From contig JAUCBJ010005265.1 of NCBI GenBank assembly GCA_032718475.1, positions 1 to 37,315 on the forward strand: a DNA stretch of 37,315 bases, read 5' to 3'. The notes under the pieces were generated by a model. The model was given only the letters and a program-made list of their open reading frames with translations. It ran no database searches and had not been told where the DNA came from. The DNA comes from Nemertoderma westbladi (taxonomy: Eukaryota > Animalia > Xenacoelomorpha). Positions 1 through 11,495 of the stretch are shown here, piece by piece. The position numbers and the translations under genes are program-made. Position 1 is the first letter of the stretch. The number at the start of each line of letters is the position of its first letter.

Positions 1-466
1 AGCGACTACACCGGCAGTAGTAACCCGGAGTGTGTAGTGACCCAGAAAGAAATCCGTTATCGTCTAAATCCTCCATTACTGCTAACCTTGAATCTGTAGG
101 TCAGTTGGAGGTTGTCAGAGGTCTGGTTGGGGTTTATCCACCAAATGCAACCGTTATTAATGACACGTGATGGTCGGTGGTACTACATCTACATGTAAAG
201 TTCTTACAATCAATAATAATAATAATAACTCATTCATTGATTTCACCATGGATAAATATGGGCATGGGGGGAGTCTTTCTAATATAATAGCTGTTAAATA
301 GGAAACAAATCCACAAATTTTCTTATTTGGGTTCTCGAGGGACAAGTAGTTCCTCGCTGTGTATTTCGATCCAGAGGTCGAAAGTCGAATACCTCAAGCC
401 GTTCTAAATGCGGTCTCAACTACCGGTGCCGGGTTTAGTCCGGCAGTCTTCCCATCCGATCCCATA

Positions 467-1050
467 TGTGAGTGGATCCAATTTGCTGCACTACCTAGCG
501 GAAAATGGTGAAAGTGGCTTTTTACGAATTATAGTTGGCTAGGTGACATTAGCAATATAATGTCACCTAACAACCAACAGAGGCAATAAACATTGCCAGC
601 CACAAGGAGAGATGAGAGGCCACAAGCTATCTCAGGGGGACAAAGGGAGCTAGCACGTGGGTATAAGGGAACAGGGAGTGCCAAAGGAAGGATATGTTAG
701 CCAATGGTGGGGCAGCACACCATCTGATTGGGATGCATCCATTGGCCAGGCCGCGTAGCTCTTCTATATGTGTTAATAATATAACCGTTGCATTTATTAC
801 CTGTTGTTCAGTTGGTTTGTGTAGAGCTGTGGAAGCAAGACGGTTTAAACCGTCTTCGTCGTCATTCAGTAAGTGCTATTATTATATTCTGACATTACGA
901 ACAACTGCCACTAAAACTCAGTTATTCTATCGGCCTCCGGCCTTTAAGATACCACAAGCCTTTCAGCAGCCAGTGGACGTGGTGACGCGTATTACCCAAA
1001 AGTAAACACATCAGTCGGGATTCCCTCGCCAACTCGGGGATCCCGTCACA
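467..1050. mobile_element. Solo LTR of an LTR retrotransposon (copy A)
   Basis: Starts TGTGAGTGGATCC and ends GGATCCCGTCACA (TG...CA, imperfect terminal inverted repeat). Flanked by a 5-bp direct repeat CCATA (462-466 and 1051-1055). Shares many colinear blocks with 5000-5649. Confidence 0.85.
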
Positions 1051-2347
1051 CCATAAGATCCATCAACCACTGCTAAATCCAACCGCGAACAGTGGAAGAA
1101 CCAATAATCTTCTTGTTGATGAGCGAATAGCTGATTATAATTACTGCCAACATGTATCATACCACTAGGCTACGGTCTCTCAGGAAGGAAATTTTGTTCC
1201 TAAGGACAGAAACTGGTAGTTAATTGGTAATTGGTAATAGGCTAATTGGTAGATCGAGGTGTGCGCAAGGGCGCGGCTAATAACTAATTTTATAATTTTA
1301 TCCGAAAAAACTAATAATCTCTATTGATTGCTCAATATGGAACCAAAATGTTTCCAAGAACAGAACCCTATTTTATCGTGTAGCCTGTCATCAACTGCCA
1401 GTATATATCTCCACAAATAGAATTGAGAATCCCTTAGTTGGCGCTTTGTTTAAAGTTCATAGAAAGGCGCGATATAAATATAAATATATTATTATTATTA
1501 TATTATTATTATTAGTTCAACTCTCAACTCTCCTACCTTCCAGCAATCGCTATTAAAATATATCTGAAGATAAATATCCTAGGTAATATTTTGTCCGCAA
1601 AATATAGTAATGATAGATTTATATTCAGTCCCTTAACTTTATAATAATTTAAATAAGATGAACGAAATTAAATCCCAAATAAATCCTAATCCAGCAAAAC
1701 TAGAAGTGAATCCACTCACTTATTTTGAGTCGGTTTTAGTTGATGCACAATGGGTCTATTAAACCCATCCTTGCTGGGTAGTATGCTAATATATCCGCAT
1801 GTCCCAGATATTCCAGTCCAAATTTCGGTAAACAAGCGTTTTATGTGTGCCATGCACATATCAGTTTAACTACCGTAGGCTACCAGTATCAGTGCAATCA
1901 GACAAGAACATTAACATTAACAGGTCAAACAAATAAACTCTAGTTATTATTCTGGCCCTACAGCCAGAACCAGTCCATAACTATAAGATATCAGCCAGGG
2001 CAGCGTGTAATAAAACTGCACTACAAGAGTCGAAAGGTGGGATCTGGCAGGCCAACACCTTTCCCATCACAGTATAAAACGGTGAAGTATAAACAACGAT
2101 GAGCGCTCTCGGTGAAGATTCAATGCGAGGTTCCGAGAAGGGAAGCAGCCTAACGGGAACTCCCAGCGAGAGGGATATCACCGTCCGGGGAGGCAGTGAC
2201 GGAGCGGTACCGGCCTTCCACACCAGATCCGGAACGTGGATCTGTACGAGACAAGCTGTATAGCATATATTGCAAAGCTGTGCCCAACAAAAGTTAAAGT
2301 AATATGAAACCACTCATTCACCCAAGATAGGTAATTATAAAAATATA

Positions 2348-2618
2348 CTACTAGGATCGGCATGCTACATTGCAGCTGCATTTTTAACAATGCTGCGCCG
2401 TTTTGTCGACAAAATTTCGCCGCCACAACTCCTTATCACCTATGACATTTGCTAGATTTCCACATCTTCAAGGACAGTATCCATTAAGATGCGTCTCAAG
2501 AAAGTAATGGGCTGTCCACCGCGCTTATTCACTCCATGAGGCCACCAAAGCACTAGATTATTCACTGGCTGGTCCTCATGGCGAAAGCAATGTCCTGCAA
2601 AGCGGAGGCAGTCATCTA
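2348..2618 (-). mobile_element. 5'-truncated RTE-clade LINE, 3' end
   Basis: Same 3' sequence and (TAG)n tail as the copies at 11048, 13745 and 21440. Flanked by a 12-bp direct repeat TATAAAAATATA (2336-2347 and 2619-2630). Confidence 0.8.
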
Positions 2619-3068
2619 TATAAAAATATAAGAAACAAGATATATATACAAGATATATATCCTATATATATATAAAAATGGTCAGTTTGTCTGTCTGTCT
2701 GTTTGTACATCTATAGAAAATTTGTTTTTTGGTGTTTTAGTTTTTTGGTGTTTCGGAACCAGCACTACTCTGAGCGTTGCAACACGATATTTTCCAGAAA
2801 TTTAACTGAATTTTGTTCTTTTTAACGCCATTTTATCGACAAAATCTACCCATAAATAGTGTAAATCTCTGGTGATTTGCTACCCCTAAAATGTAAAACC
2901 ATTATTGGCCAATAACGATTTTAATATTTCAAATTTATTATATTAATAATAATAATAATCTTTACTAATATAATTATATATTTATTATTGCCAATATATA
3001 AAACACAATGAAGCACACTAACTAAATTAATATAAACTACCTACATAACTATATACAAAAGTACAAAA

Positions 3069-6000
3069 TCAGTCTAACCTGCTGAGAGCAGCTGGCGACA
3101 AAACCTCGTCATAGAGGCCGTCGGACAGACGGTCCATGGAGCCGAGGATGGAGGCTGTGTTACCTATCAAGATGGCTACGAGGAGGAACCGATGGGATCG
3201 CAGCTCCTGAGTGGCTGCGTGAAGGTGTTGGCCAACCTCCTTAAGGAATGCAGCCGTCTCAGGACTGGGCCGACCGAAGATCTCGAATGCTACCGGGTAG
3301 AAGAGGTAGCTCCCTCGGACAGTCAGTTCCTCGTATTTCTTGATCTTTGAGTTTTCCGCCTCCTCAACAACACGGCGGCCGGCCTGCGTGTTCTGGGCGA
3401 GATGACTGGGAGCGAGGATGGTCGCATCCCAGGTCATCGGCCGCCCCCACTCCACGATTCGAGGGTAACGCCATCGACACGCTTCCCATCAGCTCTACAC
3501 AACCCCACTGGTTCAAGGCGAGCTCTAACCCCACAGGAAGCCAATGTACGCTTCACTATGTCATTTAACATAGAGTGGCGTGGCAGCCTCCCAGTGCTTC
3601 TCACACAAGATAGTCCGAGGAGACCATCTGGTCTTACTTCGGATCCGCACCGGGAGCACCTGTGGGGTTCGGTTACCTTGCAACCGAGACGTGTGGCGAC
3701 TGAAACCATGAACTGGGAGTACATGAGTTTCAGCCCCAGCGAGCTGATGGGAATTGCGTCCAGCCAACAACCGGATACCGGGACGTCGATGACGTTAAGA
3801 CGGGTGATATCGAGCGGCGTTGTTGTGGCCACCTGCAGTGCCGCGCGGTTTGCCTCGTGGAGTGGCTCCATCCAGGCCCTCTGTATGGTGGTGTCGGTTG
3901 GTGTGGTGGTTCCGGCGGTGAGGGCGACCTTCCACACCTCGTGGGCGCGTGGTACAGAGGCGGGTTGTCTGGAGGGCTCGAATAAGCGGCTTGAGAGAGC
4001 AATGCACGCAGCAGCTGAAGCCAAGTAGGTGGAAGGTGCTAGCTGCAGTGCAGAGCTCAACCCGAGGCCACCCATATGGGCCGGGAGACAGGCCTGGACC
4101 CACGCTGAGTCTGAGATCCGGGTATTCGTGATCTCCTGGAGGGCACCCCGCAGAGTTGAGTCGTACTCCTCCAGGAGTCCCGGGTGCTGAAAGCAAGGCG
4201 CGGTGTGGAGGAAGTAGGTGAGCCGGGGGATGGTGAATACGCGTGGTAAGAGTCGTGGAGGTGCAGCTGGCTGGCGAGCGTGGCGAGGTCTCCCGCCTTC
4301 TCCCGAAGGTAGGATACGGTGGTGGCGACCCCGATGGGGGGTGCCGAGCATCGTCAGGTCCTCGAGCGGGCAGACCTGGATACCCGCACAGACCTCGTCG
4401 AACTCGCTACGGATGCGCGCATGGGACTCGTCGGACTCGGCGCCGAGGAAGAAGAGTTCGCTCTTTGCAGGGTTGATAACGAGTCCGCACTTCCTCCCCT
4501 CCTCTATCACCACGCGTAGATCCTCCAGAACAACTCGGTAGTCACCGGCGAAGTTCCCGTCGTCCAGGTACCAGACATTAAAACTCGACTTCAGCGACTG
4601 GATGGTTGGGTTCACCGTGTCGCCGAACAGTCAAGGTCCGTCGGAGTCCCCCTGTTGAACTCCCTCGGCGGAGAGGAGGGTCTCCTCAACGTAGATGAGG
4701 AAGCTGGGTTCTCCGTACGCCACCAGCGTATAGTTGTACACGCTGGGGTAATGCTGGTACACAGTCTCGAGGAGGGTGTCTCGCCGTACCGAGTTGAAGG
4801 CGTTGCTGAAGTTGACCTTCAGCAACACAGTCCCCGGAACGTTGTCCTCCATGGCGAGCGACCGCGCTGCGTGGGCAGCTGCCTCTGCACCGTTCTTTGT
4901 CCCGATCCCAAGCTGGACGCTCCCGTACGACTCCATCCATTCCTCTTTGGTGATTTCCCCCACGAACTTCGAGTTTAGGCGCTGTAGGGTGTTGCCCACT
5001 GTAAGAGGATTCAATTCCCATACATTACCCACCCGAAAATGGGACCAGTGGCATTTTACCAATATAGTTGGCGATACGAGATTACCAATAATAATCTCGC
5101 CTCATAACCAACTCTGGGAGGGCGACATAGGCCCTAAAGCCACAAAGAGAGGTGAGAGGTCAAACCACCTCACAGGGAGAACACAGCTAGTCGAGGCTAG
5201 CGGCAGGGGGTAACACTTACAGGGAGTGCCAAAGTGATAATTAGTATATAAGCCAATAGCGGGCAGGGGAGCACGTGGGGAAAGATAGGAAAGCATCCAT
5301 TGGGTAGCAAAAGGCTAAAGTAGAGTAGAGGTGAAACCAATATATACGTGTATCAATCATATATTAACTCTGATTACTGGTTTACTGGTCAGTTCATCAA
5401 TCACACAGTTAGAGACCGGCAATAGTTTCGACCATCATTTCATACACTGCTGTCATCATTCTGTATTGCAATTCCTACTATTGTTTGTTAATATATACTG
5501 TGCTATTACCATTGGAACATTAACATCAAGAAACACAAACTGTTATTTTCCTGACGGCCTTCGGCCAAAGATATTAGTCCAGCAGCCCAGCAGAGAAGTG
5601 ACGCGTACAACCTAACCAAGTCGGGATCCATGAACTCAATCCCGTCACACCCACCGCGATGGGGCGGACTCCACCCCCTTGCTTGGAGAAACCAAACAGG
5701 TTGGCACCAAAGAACGTGGGTCGAACTGATTCCGGAATGGTGCCGGCGGCCACGACGTCGATGAACCGGGAGAGACTGGAGACGAGTCGGTTTCCAGCTT
5801 CTCCGTTTGTGTGGCCGATAAGATCTTTCAAGATCTGCGTCCGCATTCCGTCGAGGCTGCCGGCGCTGCCACACGGGAACGATGCAACGAGTTTCCTGAC
5901 TACCGCGGACGAGCAGAGGGGAGTTGTTGGGGTCGCCATGGTCGTCCGGTCGGGAGGGGTGCTTCAAATTCAGCCTCTCCAAAGAGTCTGGTGTGTTGAG

Positions 6001-6667
6001 CGCCATGGCATCTTTAGAAGACGCCAGGCGAATGGCACCCTTCACATCGCCATCCTCAATCTTCTCTGCAACCGCTGCGGCGAGACGGATGGAGTCGTCT
6101 CGTTTCTCGGGCCGGCGGGATCCAGTGGTGGTGGATCGGGATTCCGGAGGTTGGTGTAGGTTGCTCCCGAACTCGCAAATCAGCCCGTTGATCTGGGACG
6201 CGAGGGATCGAGTGTGCCGCCGGCCCCCATGCTTAGGGGCGGGAATACAGCGGTGGCAGACAAGGAGGAGGTTGACCCACGAGTCGACGCAGTTGGGGTT
6301 GCCGATGATCGTGGAGAGAACATCAGGAGAGGAGGTCCGTGAGGTTGTTCCGTGCCGCCTTTGGGATGTGCCTCAGCTGCTTCACTCGGGAGTTCCGAAG
6401 CGGCTTCAGCACGTCCTCTGCCGTGTAGTTTGTTGGTCAGGGCGGGGGCAGCGCGGCCGTGGGATCGGTTGTCGTGGTGGTCGTGGTCGCCGGTTGGGAG
6501 GGGAGTGGCGGGCCACTGGGAGACCAACCAGAGCCAGCGCAATGGTTCTTCTGGGGCCCGTGGACCCGTAGCCCTCCCCTCAGGGTCACTACCGTCAACT
6601 TCGAGCAAACCATGCAGCTGTGCTTGGGCTGCCCGGCTATGCTGAGGTCGACAGTGGACGCCGACAC
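3069..6667 (-). pseudogene. Disrupted RT / restriction-like endonuclease polyprotein ORF of the CRE element
   Basis: Split over ORF-track fragments 6437-6667, 5506-6045, 5574-5939, 4631-5062, 3434-4615 and 3069-3455 by frameshifts and a 650-bp insertion. The first catalytic Asp appears as N (KVNFSNAF), and the RLE PD appears as VD. Confidence 0.88.
5000..5649. mobile_element. Solo LTR (copy B) inserted in the CRE RT coding region
   Basis: TGTAAGAGGATT...AATCCCGTCACA, with 5-bp TSD CCCAC (4995-4999 and 5650-5654). Removing it restores RPIAVGNTLQRL on the - strand. Confidence 0.92.
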
Positions 6668-6763
6668 ATCTATCTTCTTCTTTAATTAACCCATATCAGC
6701 ATATAAACTAATTAATTAATTAATTATAAAGAAGGTTGGTTGTAGCAGAGTCAGTCAGTCCAG

Positions 6764-6799
6764 CAGTATTCCAGTAGTATTCCAGCAGTATTCCAGCAG
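6764..6799. repeat. Short 10-bp tandem repeat (CAGTATTCCA-like) near the CRE 5' end
   Basis: cagtattccagtagtattccagcagtattccagcag is directly visible. Confidence 0.7.
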
Positions 6800-8360
6800 T
6801 CAGTCGGTCCAGGTAGGCCGGTATATCAAAGTATTAAGTGAATTGAATTGAATACAACAGCTCAGCTATTAGATTACTGCTGTATAGATTACCATGCACA
6901 GTTAATGTTTGCTTAGAGTCTGAGAGATAGTGACAGAGCAAACACAGCCTTACCTAAATTTGGCAAGCAATGCACATCTTTGTAGCTGGGCCCTCCGCCC
7001 CCCATCATCTGGAGTCAAGTTCTACAGTCAAAGTCAAATGTTCACTTTAACCATTCACCTGGACCTCTGCATTCATTGCAACTTCTCCACAGTATTAATG
7101 TTAGCGCAAAGATTTTTAACTTAATCTATATACTGCTTATCATACACTAACTATCATCATTAAATTATTCCTTTTTGCAGTACCGGTAGGGAGGTAGGCC
7201 CAGGTCTAGCAGTTCAGTCTTTCGCTCTACAAGTTAAGTCTTGATCCTATATTAAGCATCTATGTGATGCAGGCCGTCCCGAGCACGTGAACGTGAACTA
7301 CCGTTATCTTGAGGCTAATTTTAGGTGTCATTTTATGTGTGAGTGCATATTTGTGGTCAAATTGGGCTATTCTATTCTGTAGACAATTTCGGCAATACTT
7401 CTGGTCAGCAGGCAGGAAACTGTATAGTATAAACAGTAGTTGCTCCAACAGATTCTGTCTGTTCTAACTGAATCTAACTTGATCATTGGACCTGATCATA
7501 GGCTACATGTTTACGAAAACACAGACAATTCCGAAGTTCTCCAGTCTACTACTAAGGGCGAAGTGTCAGAAAGAGAAAACCTTCATTCATTTTGTTACGA
7601 TATATGGCGCTGTGTACTATTATCAGCCCATTATACAGTATAGAATATTTAGATAAGCCATAATGACATACAGCCGTAATTAGATAGGGAAAATAAAATA
7701 TCCGAGTTTACAGATGTTATCCATTTTGTATAATATGTAGCCTTACGTACGTAATTTTGTAATAAAACATTAATAAATAATATTTATGGTCGAGCAAGTT
7801 TCCTATAAAACCTTGATATGAGCTTGCTGTTTATTAGTATTAATCGAATTAAAGTGTATTTGCATTAATTTCCGTTTATATTTGTCTTCAAATTGGCTTT
7901 ATATCAAATTGTGCTTAATGTACTTTAATAATCGCGAAATTAATGTTATGGCCAGCAACCCGGGATGCAATTCATTACCATATATGGTAATAATTTGCGA
8001 TTTGGAAGCCCGAGGATCACAATCCAGCTTCCTTATTGGCCCAGCTGTTCCAGGTTGGTCTAATGGTGGCGTGGGTTGCTGGAACAATGAGACGATTATT
8101 GCGTCATCCCTATTTCATCACCTATAAATTGGCTGTGTTTCCGGTATGTGTACCTGCAATATTTCTTCTGCCTTTGCAATTTTTCTGTATATTTCATAAT
8201 TCTTTGTAATTATTTTGTATATTCTGTAATTTTAATTTCTGCTTTGAATTCTTTGCTGTTCTTTCTCAATTATCAATGATTACTGCAAATTACAATCTCG
8301 AACTATGATTTCCACCTTTGATTACTAGTTTCTATGTGATTTCAAAAAAAAAGCAAACAG

Positions 8361-8480
8361 ACGGCCGAAGCCGGAGGCGACCCGAAGGCTCCTCTTTCGA
8401 TAGCTGCTACCCGAGGGTAGGGGTGGTCGCTACTCCTATCCCAAGATTTGCTCCCAGTTATTTAACTGGTACTCTATTTG
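8361..8480 (-). mobile_element. SINE-like fragment
   Basis: GGCGACCCGAAGGCTCC..TTTC.ATAGCT.CTAC..CGAGG..TAGGGG..CGCTACTCC resembles, from memory, a segment of widespread invertebrate tRNA-derived SINEs. No tRNA head is visible and the match is not search-verified. Confidence 0.5.
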
Positions 8481-9789
8481 GTAGTATAACCCAGTACGTA
8501 ATAAATTAGAATTACGTATTCTGGAACATCTAGTAATTAGTACGCAACTCCGTATTTATGACTGTAATTAATTTAGCGATAAAATAAAATAAGAATTTGT
8601 ACGCAGCATAGCGGAGAGTAGTTTAAGTAATTGTTTAGGATACTGTAGACTATTCACACTTGGCGGTTATTTGAAAATAGCGGGGTAACAGGCTGATAGC
8701 AGCATCCAGTATACAGTAGTAAGTTGCTGGCCTAAAGCCAGCCGAAGGCAAGTTTAGACTCCAAATAAAGTAACAGGACTGGTCCTGGTAGGTTATTAAA
8801 AGATCCTCACATTCAACAATTCTGCTAGTGAATTCCAGTATTTCCGATAAGTGAACGCCGAGTGTAGCCACTCACACTCATTTTAAGTAGCCTAGGGAGC
8901 CTACTCGGGTTTATTGTTTTGGTTATTCCCGCATGGCTCATAGATTCGAACAGTTAGCTCTCTGTCGAGCGATCGATAGAGAAAGGAGCAAGCGATTTTG
9001 TAGGAGCCGTATAAAATTAGTAAAACATATTTAGCGGATGGCCTGGTTAGCGCTATCCAGCGGTAAGAAGCAATTTTGTGTTTAGTGGTAGTGCGGCAGT
9101 AATAACGCGCTCCTGATCGCGCTTGTTTAACACATTTCGTTATTTATAATGCTTTTTAGCTGATACTTGGCAGAGGTCTACAACACCACAGCCTGTTGGT
9201 TTTGGGAGAGCGCTGAATCATCTTGGCCATCTAATTCAGGCAGTGCGGCCCAATGCTATTTCATATTAGACATCTTCTATCCAATTCTTTCTAATGGAGG
9301 ATGTGGAATACGTATGTGGCTTTAAAAAAATAGATTCATCTGTTCACCTTCAAACATTATGATTTGTTTAATCTCTTAGCGTTATTTAACGTAGGGGTAG
9401 ATTGACAAATACAAGGCATCAATGTTAATTAAACTTTAACTTTGTAAAATTTATTTACTCGCTGAATTGATTTCACATGTATGAATCAGTCGTGTTATCC
9501 TTGGTTATTATACCTTTCAAATAAATTCTACATCTGTATATAAAATCGAGAAATCTCTAAAATAATTGCCTTCAACATCAGAATCTAATGACAGCCTCAA
9601 TCAACTATGATATTACTCAGCTATCTCACTGTGATTCAGGGATATGTGGTATGGTATGTGTTGCATCAGCAGCTTAACAGTTTACATGCTTAATTGGGTT
9701 CTTGGCCTTGATCTTGAAACATAGTAAACTAAAGGTGCCCCAAATAAAACTTTAAGATTAACTTAAGCTTAAATACAAATAAAGAATTT

Positions 9790-10490
9790 CACGGTACACC
9801 TGGAATACCTAGAAAACCTGGAATAGTCAGGGAATTTTACTTTTCTTGAAATGTCAGGGAATTCTTGTAACAAAATGGACAAATCAGGGAAAACTTCAGG
9901 AATTTGATATACAGAACATGTTTCATAAATTTTCTTCATAAATTAAGTTTCTTAATAAATGTTGTAAAATTTTCTCCGCTCGCTTTGCTCGCCATTTAAT
10001 TTCCTCACATCATCTATACCTATAAAAATCAAATTCTCTCTCTCTCTCTCTCTCTCTCACTCTCTCTCTTTCTCTCTCTCTCTCTCTGTTCGAACTCCTC
10101 CAAAACGGGCAGAGGGATTGCGCTGGAACTTGGCATGTGTGTATAACATTAACCAGCGGTCGTTATAGGCCACTTTTCGAAAAGTTTAATTCACGTTCGA
10201 TACCGGTACTGGGTACCGGTACGTCAGTAGGCCTATACCGGTACCAGTACGCCAGTAGGCCTATGCCGGTAGCGGGAAATACCGGGTAACATGTCTCGGG
10301 TATTGCCTGCTAGTTAAATATATAGATGAACTCTAATCGCTTAACTCGTAACTTTGTTTGGAATATAATAAAGTGGCCAATATACTATATTCTATAAAAA
10401 TGTAGTATCTACCTACAATGAGGGAGTTTTTTTTCAAAATGTCAGGGAAACGTCAGGGAAAATTGAAACTGAACTAGAGTGGCAACCCTG
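9790..10490. mobile_element. Non-autonomous hAT-like DNA transposon (MITE), left end decayed
   Basis: Repeated ACCTGGAA motifs at the left end and TCAGGGAA motifs at both ends. Right end GTGGCAACCCTG (CAGGGTTGCCAC TIR type). Confidence 0.6.
10013..10313 (+). mobile_element. Non-autonomous Helitron-type element nested in the hAT-like MITE
   Basis: Starts TC after A (TCTATACCTATAAAA), then a (CT)n microsatellite, a subterminal hairpin (AATACCGGG...CTCGGGTATT), and ends CTAG before T. No TSD. Confidence 0.75.
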
Positions 10491-11047
10491 TTTCATGCCA
10501 ATTAAAATTATTCATTTAGCATGGAAAACATATGTCCAGCCAGATATTTTGCCTAGATACCAAGAAAATATTATTCCTGGATTAGTTATTTACCTCAGCC
10601 CTTTTTATACCTTTGGCATATAATATATAACAGAATATATCAAATGTGAACAACATTGAGTAACCGAATGGATTGTCAATTTTTTTTTTCACAATAATAG
10701 TATAGGAACTAAATTCATTAAAGTACATGGTTGTTATTAAAAGAGTTGTATGCAAATAGGAAACAATAAAAATAAGTTGACTAATTTATTTTTTTGATAT
10801 TACTTTTGCATGTATCAGATGTATGCACGCACATCTGCGTACATACTGCTTTTTGCAGGTGCATGTGCGTCGCACATGCACCTTGCAAAAAGCTTATGTC
10901 CATGTAGTGGAGCCATATTAAGATATGTGTTGTGTTGGCGTGTGAGTTTATGACAGCACTTTAAAAAATTTACTTAACAAAACGCTCATTATTTCCCACC
11001 ACAGACCGACTCAAATTAGGGAACCTAATTTCCTTGTTATTAATATA

Positions 11048-11495
11048 CTACTACTAGGATCGGCATGCTGCATTGCAGCTGCATTTTTAAGAATTCTGTG
11101 CCGGCTTATCGACAAAATTGTACCGCCACAACTCCCTATCACCCATGACATTTGCTAGATCATCCGCATCTTCAAGGCCAGTATTCTTTAAGATGCGTCT
11201 CAAGAAAGTCATGGGCTGTTATATAGTTATGTTATATATGTTATATAGTGTCTGGTTGGAGATGTGTGCATTGTACTTGACACAATGAACCCGGCGTAGC
11301 ATTCTTGTGAATGTGCCATCCAGAGATTTGGTGTCCTCAGCAGTTAGAGCCCAGCATGTACTCCCATAGAGGAGTACTGGAACTACTGCTGCTCTAAATA
11401 ATCGGACCTCAAGTTTCCGATTAATTCTCGGTGACTTCCAAATCCTGGATAGCCTATTCAAGGCTGCCCATGCCTTTCCATTACGTATTCGACCA
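11048..11495 (-). mobile_element. 5'-truncated, internally deleted RTE-clade LINE
   Basis: Encodes RLSRIWKS..KLEVRLFRAAVVPVLLYGSTCWALT..LDGTFTRMLRRV (RTE C-terminal region) and has a (TAG)n tail. 12-bp TSD GTTATTAATATA (11036-11047 and 11496-11507). Confidence 0.88.

Larger units (their letters stand above)
2980..6800 (-). mobile_element. CRE-clade (RLE-encoding) non-LTR retrotransposon, near full length and degenerate; ends approximate
   Basis: GC-rich island with colinear motifs across several frames: N-terminal CxxC..HGP....C.GS, KGAIRLASS..KHP, GGVRPIAVG/NTLQRL, QLGIG, NAFNS, QQGD, YLDD, C-terminal CSRC..C..RH..LND, and RLE region EP..DGKRVDG..WD..K.KKY..PVAFE.FG. AATAAA on the - strand at 2981-2986. 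No TSD identified. Confidence 0.9.

Noticed and set aside
157-345. ICGFVSYLTAIILER resembles a GPCR TM3 motif
   Set aside because: It is on the opposite strand to the receptor, the match is short, and there is no supporting exon structure.
1714-1740. ACTCACTTATTTTGAGTCGG loosely recalls a tunicate spliced-leader sequence
   Set aside because: The similarity is short, partial and from memory only, with no following AG|GT donor or Sm site.
467-5649. One full-length LTR retrotransposon bounded by LTR A and LTR B with RT inside
   Set aside because: Each LTR has its own TSD, the two are strongly diverged, and the RT is non-LTR (CRE) type and continues beyond LTR B.
3347-6689. Many overlapping + strand and alternate-frame ORFs
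   Set aside because: These are shadow ORFs of the GC-rich CRE coding sequence with no independent motifs.
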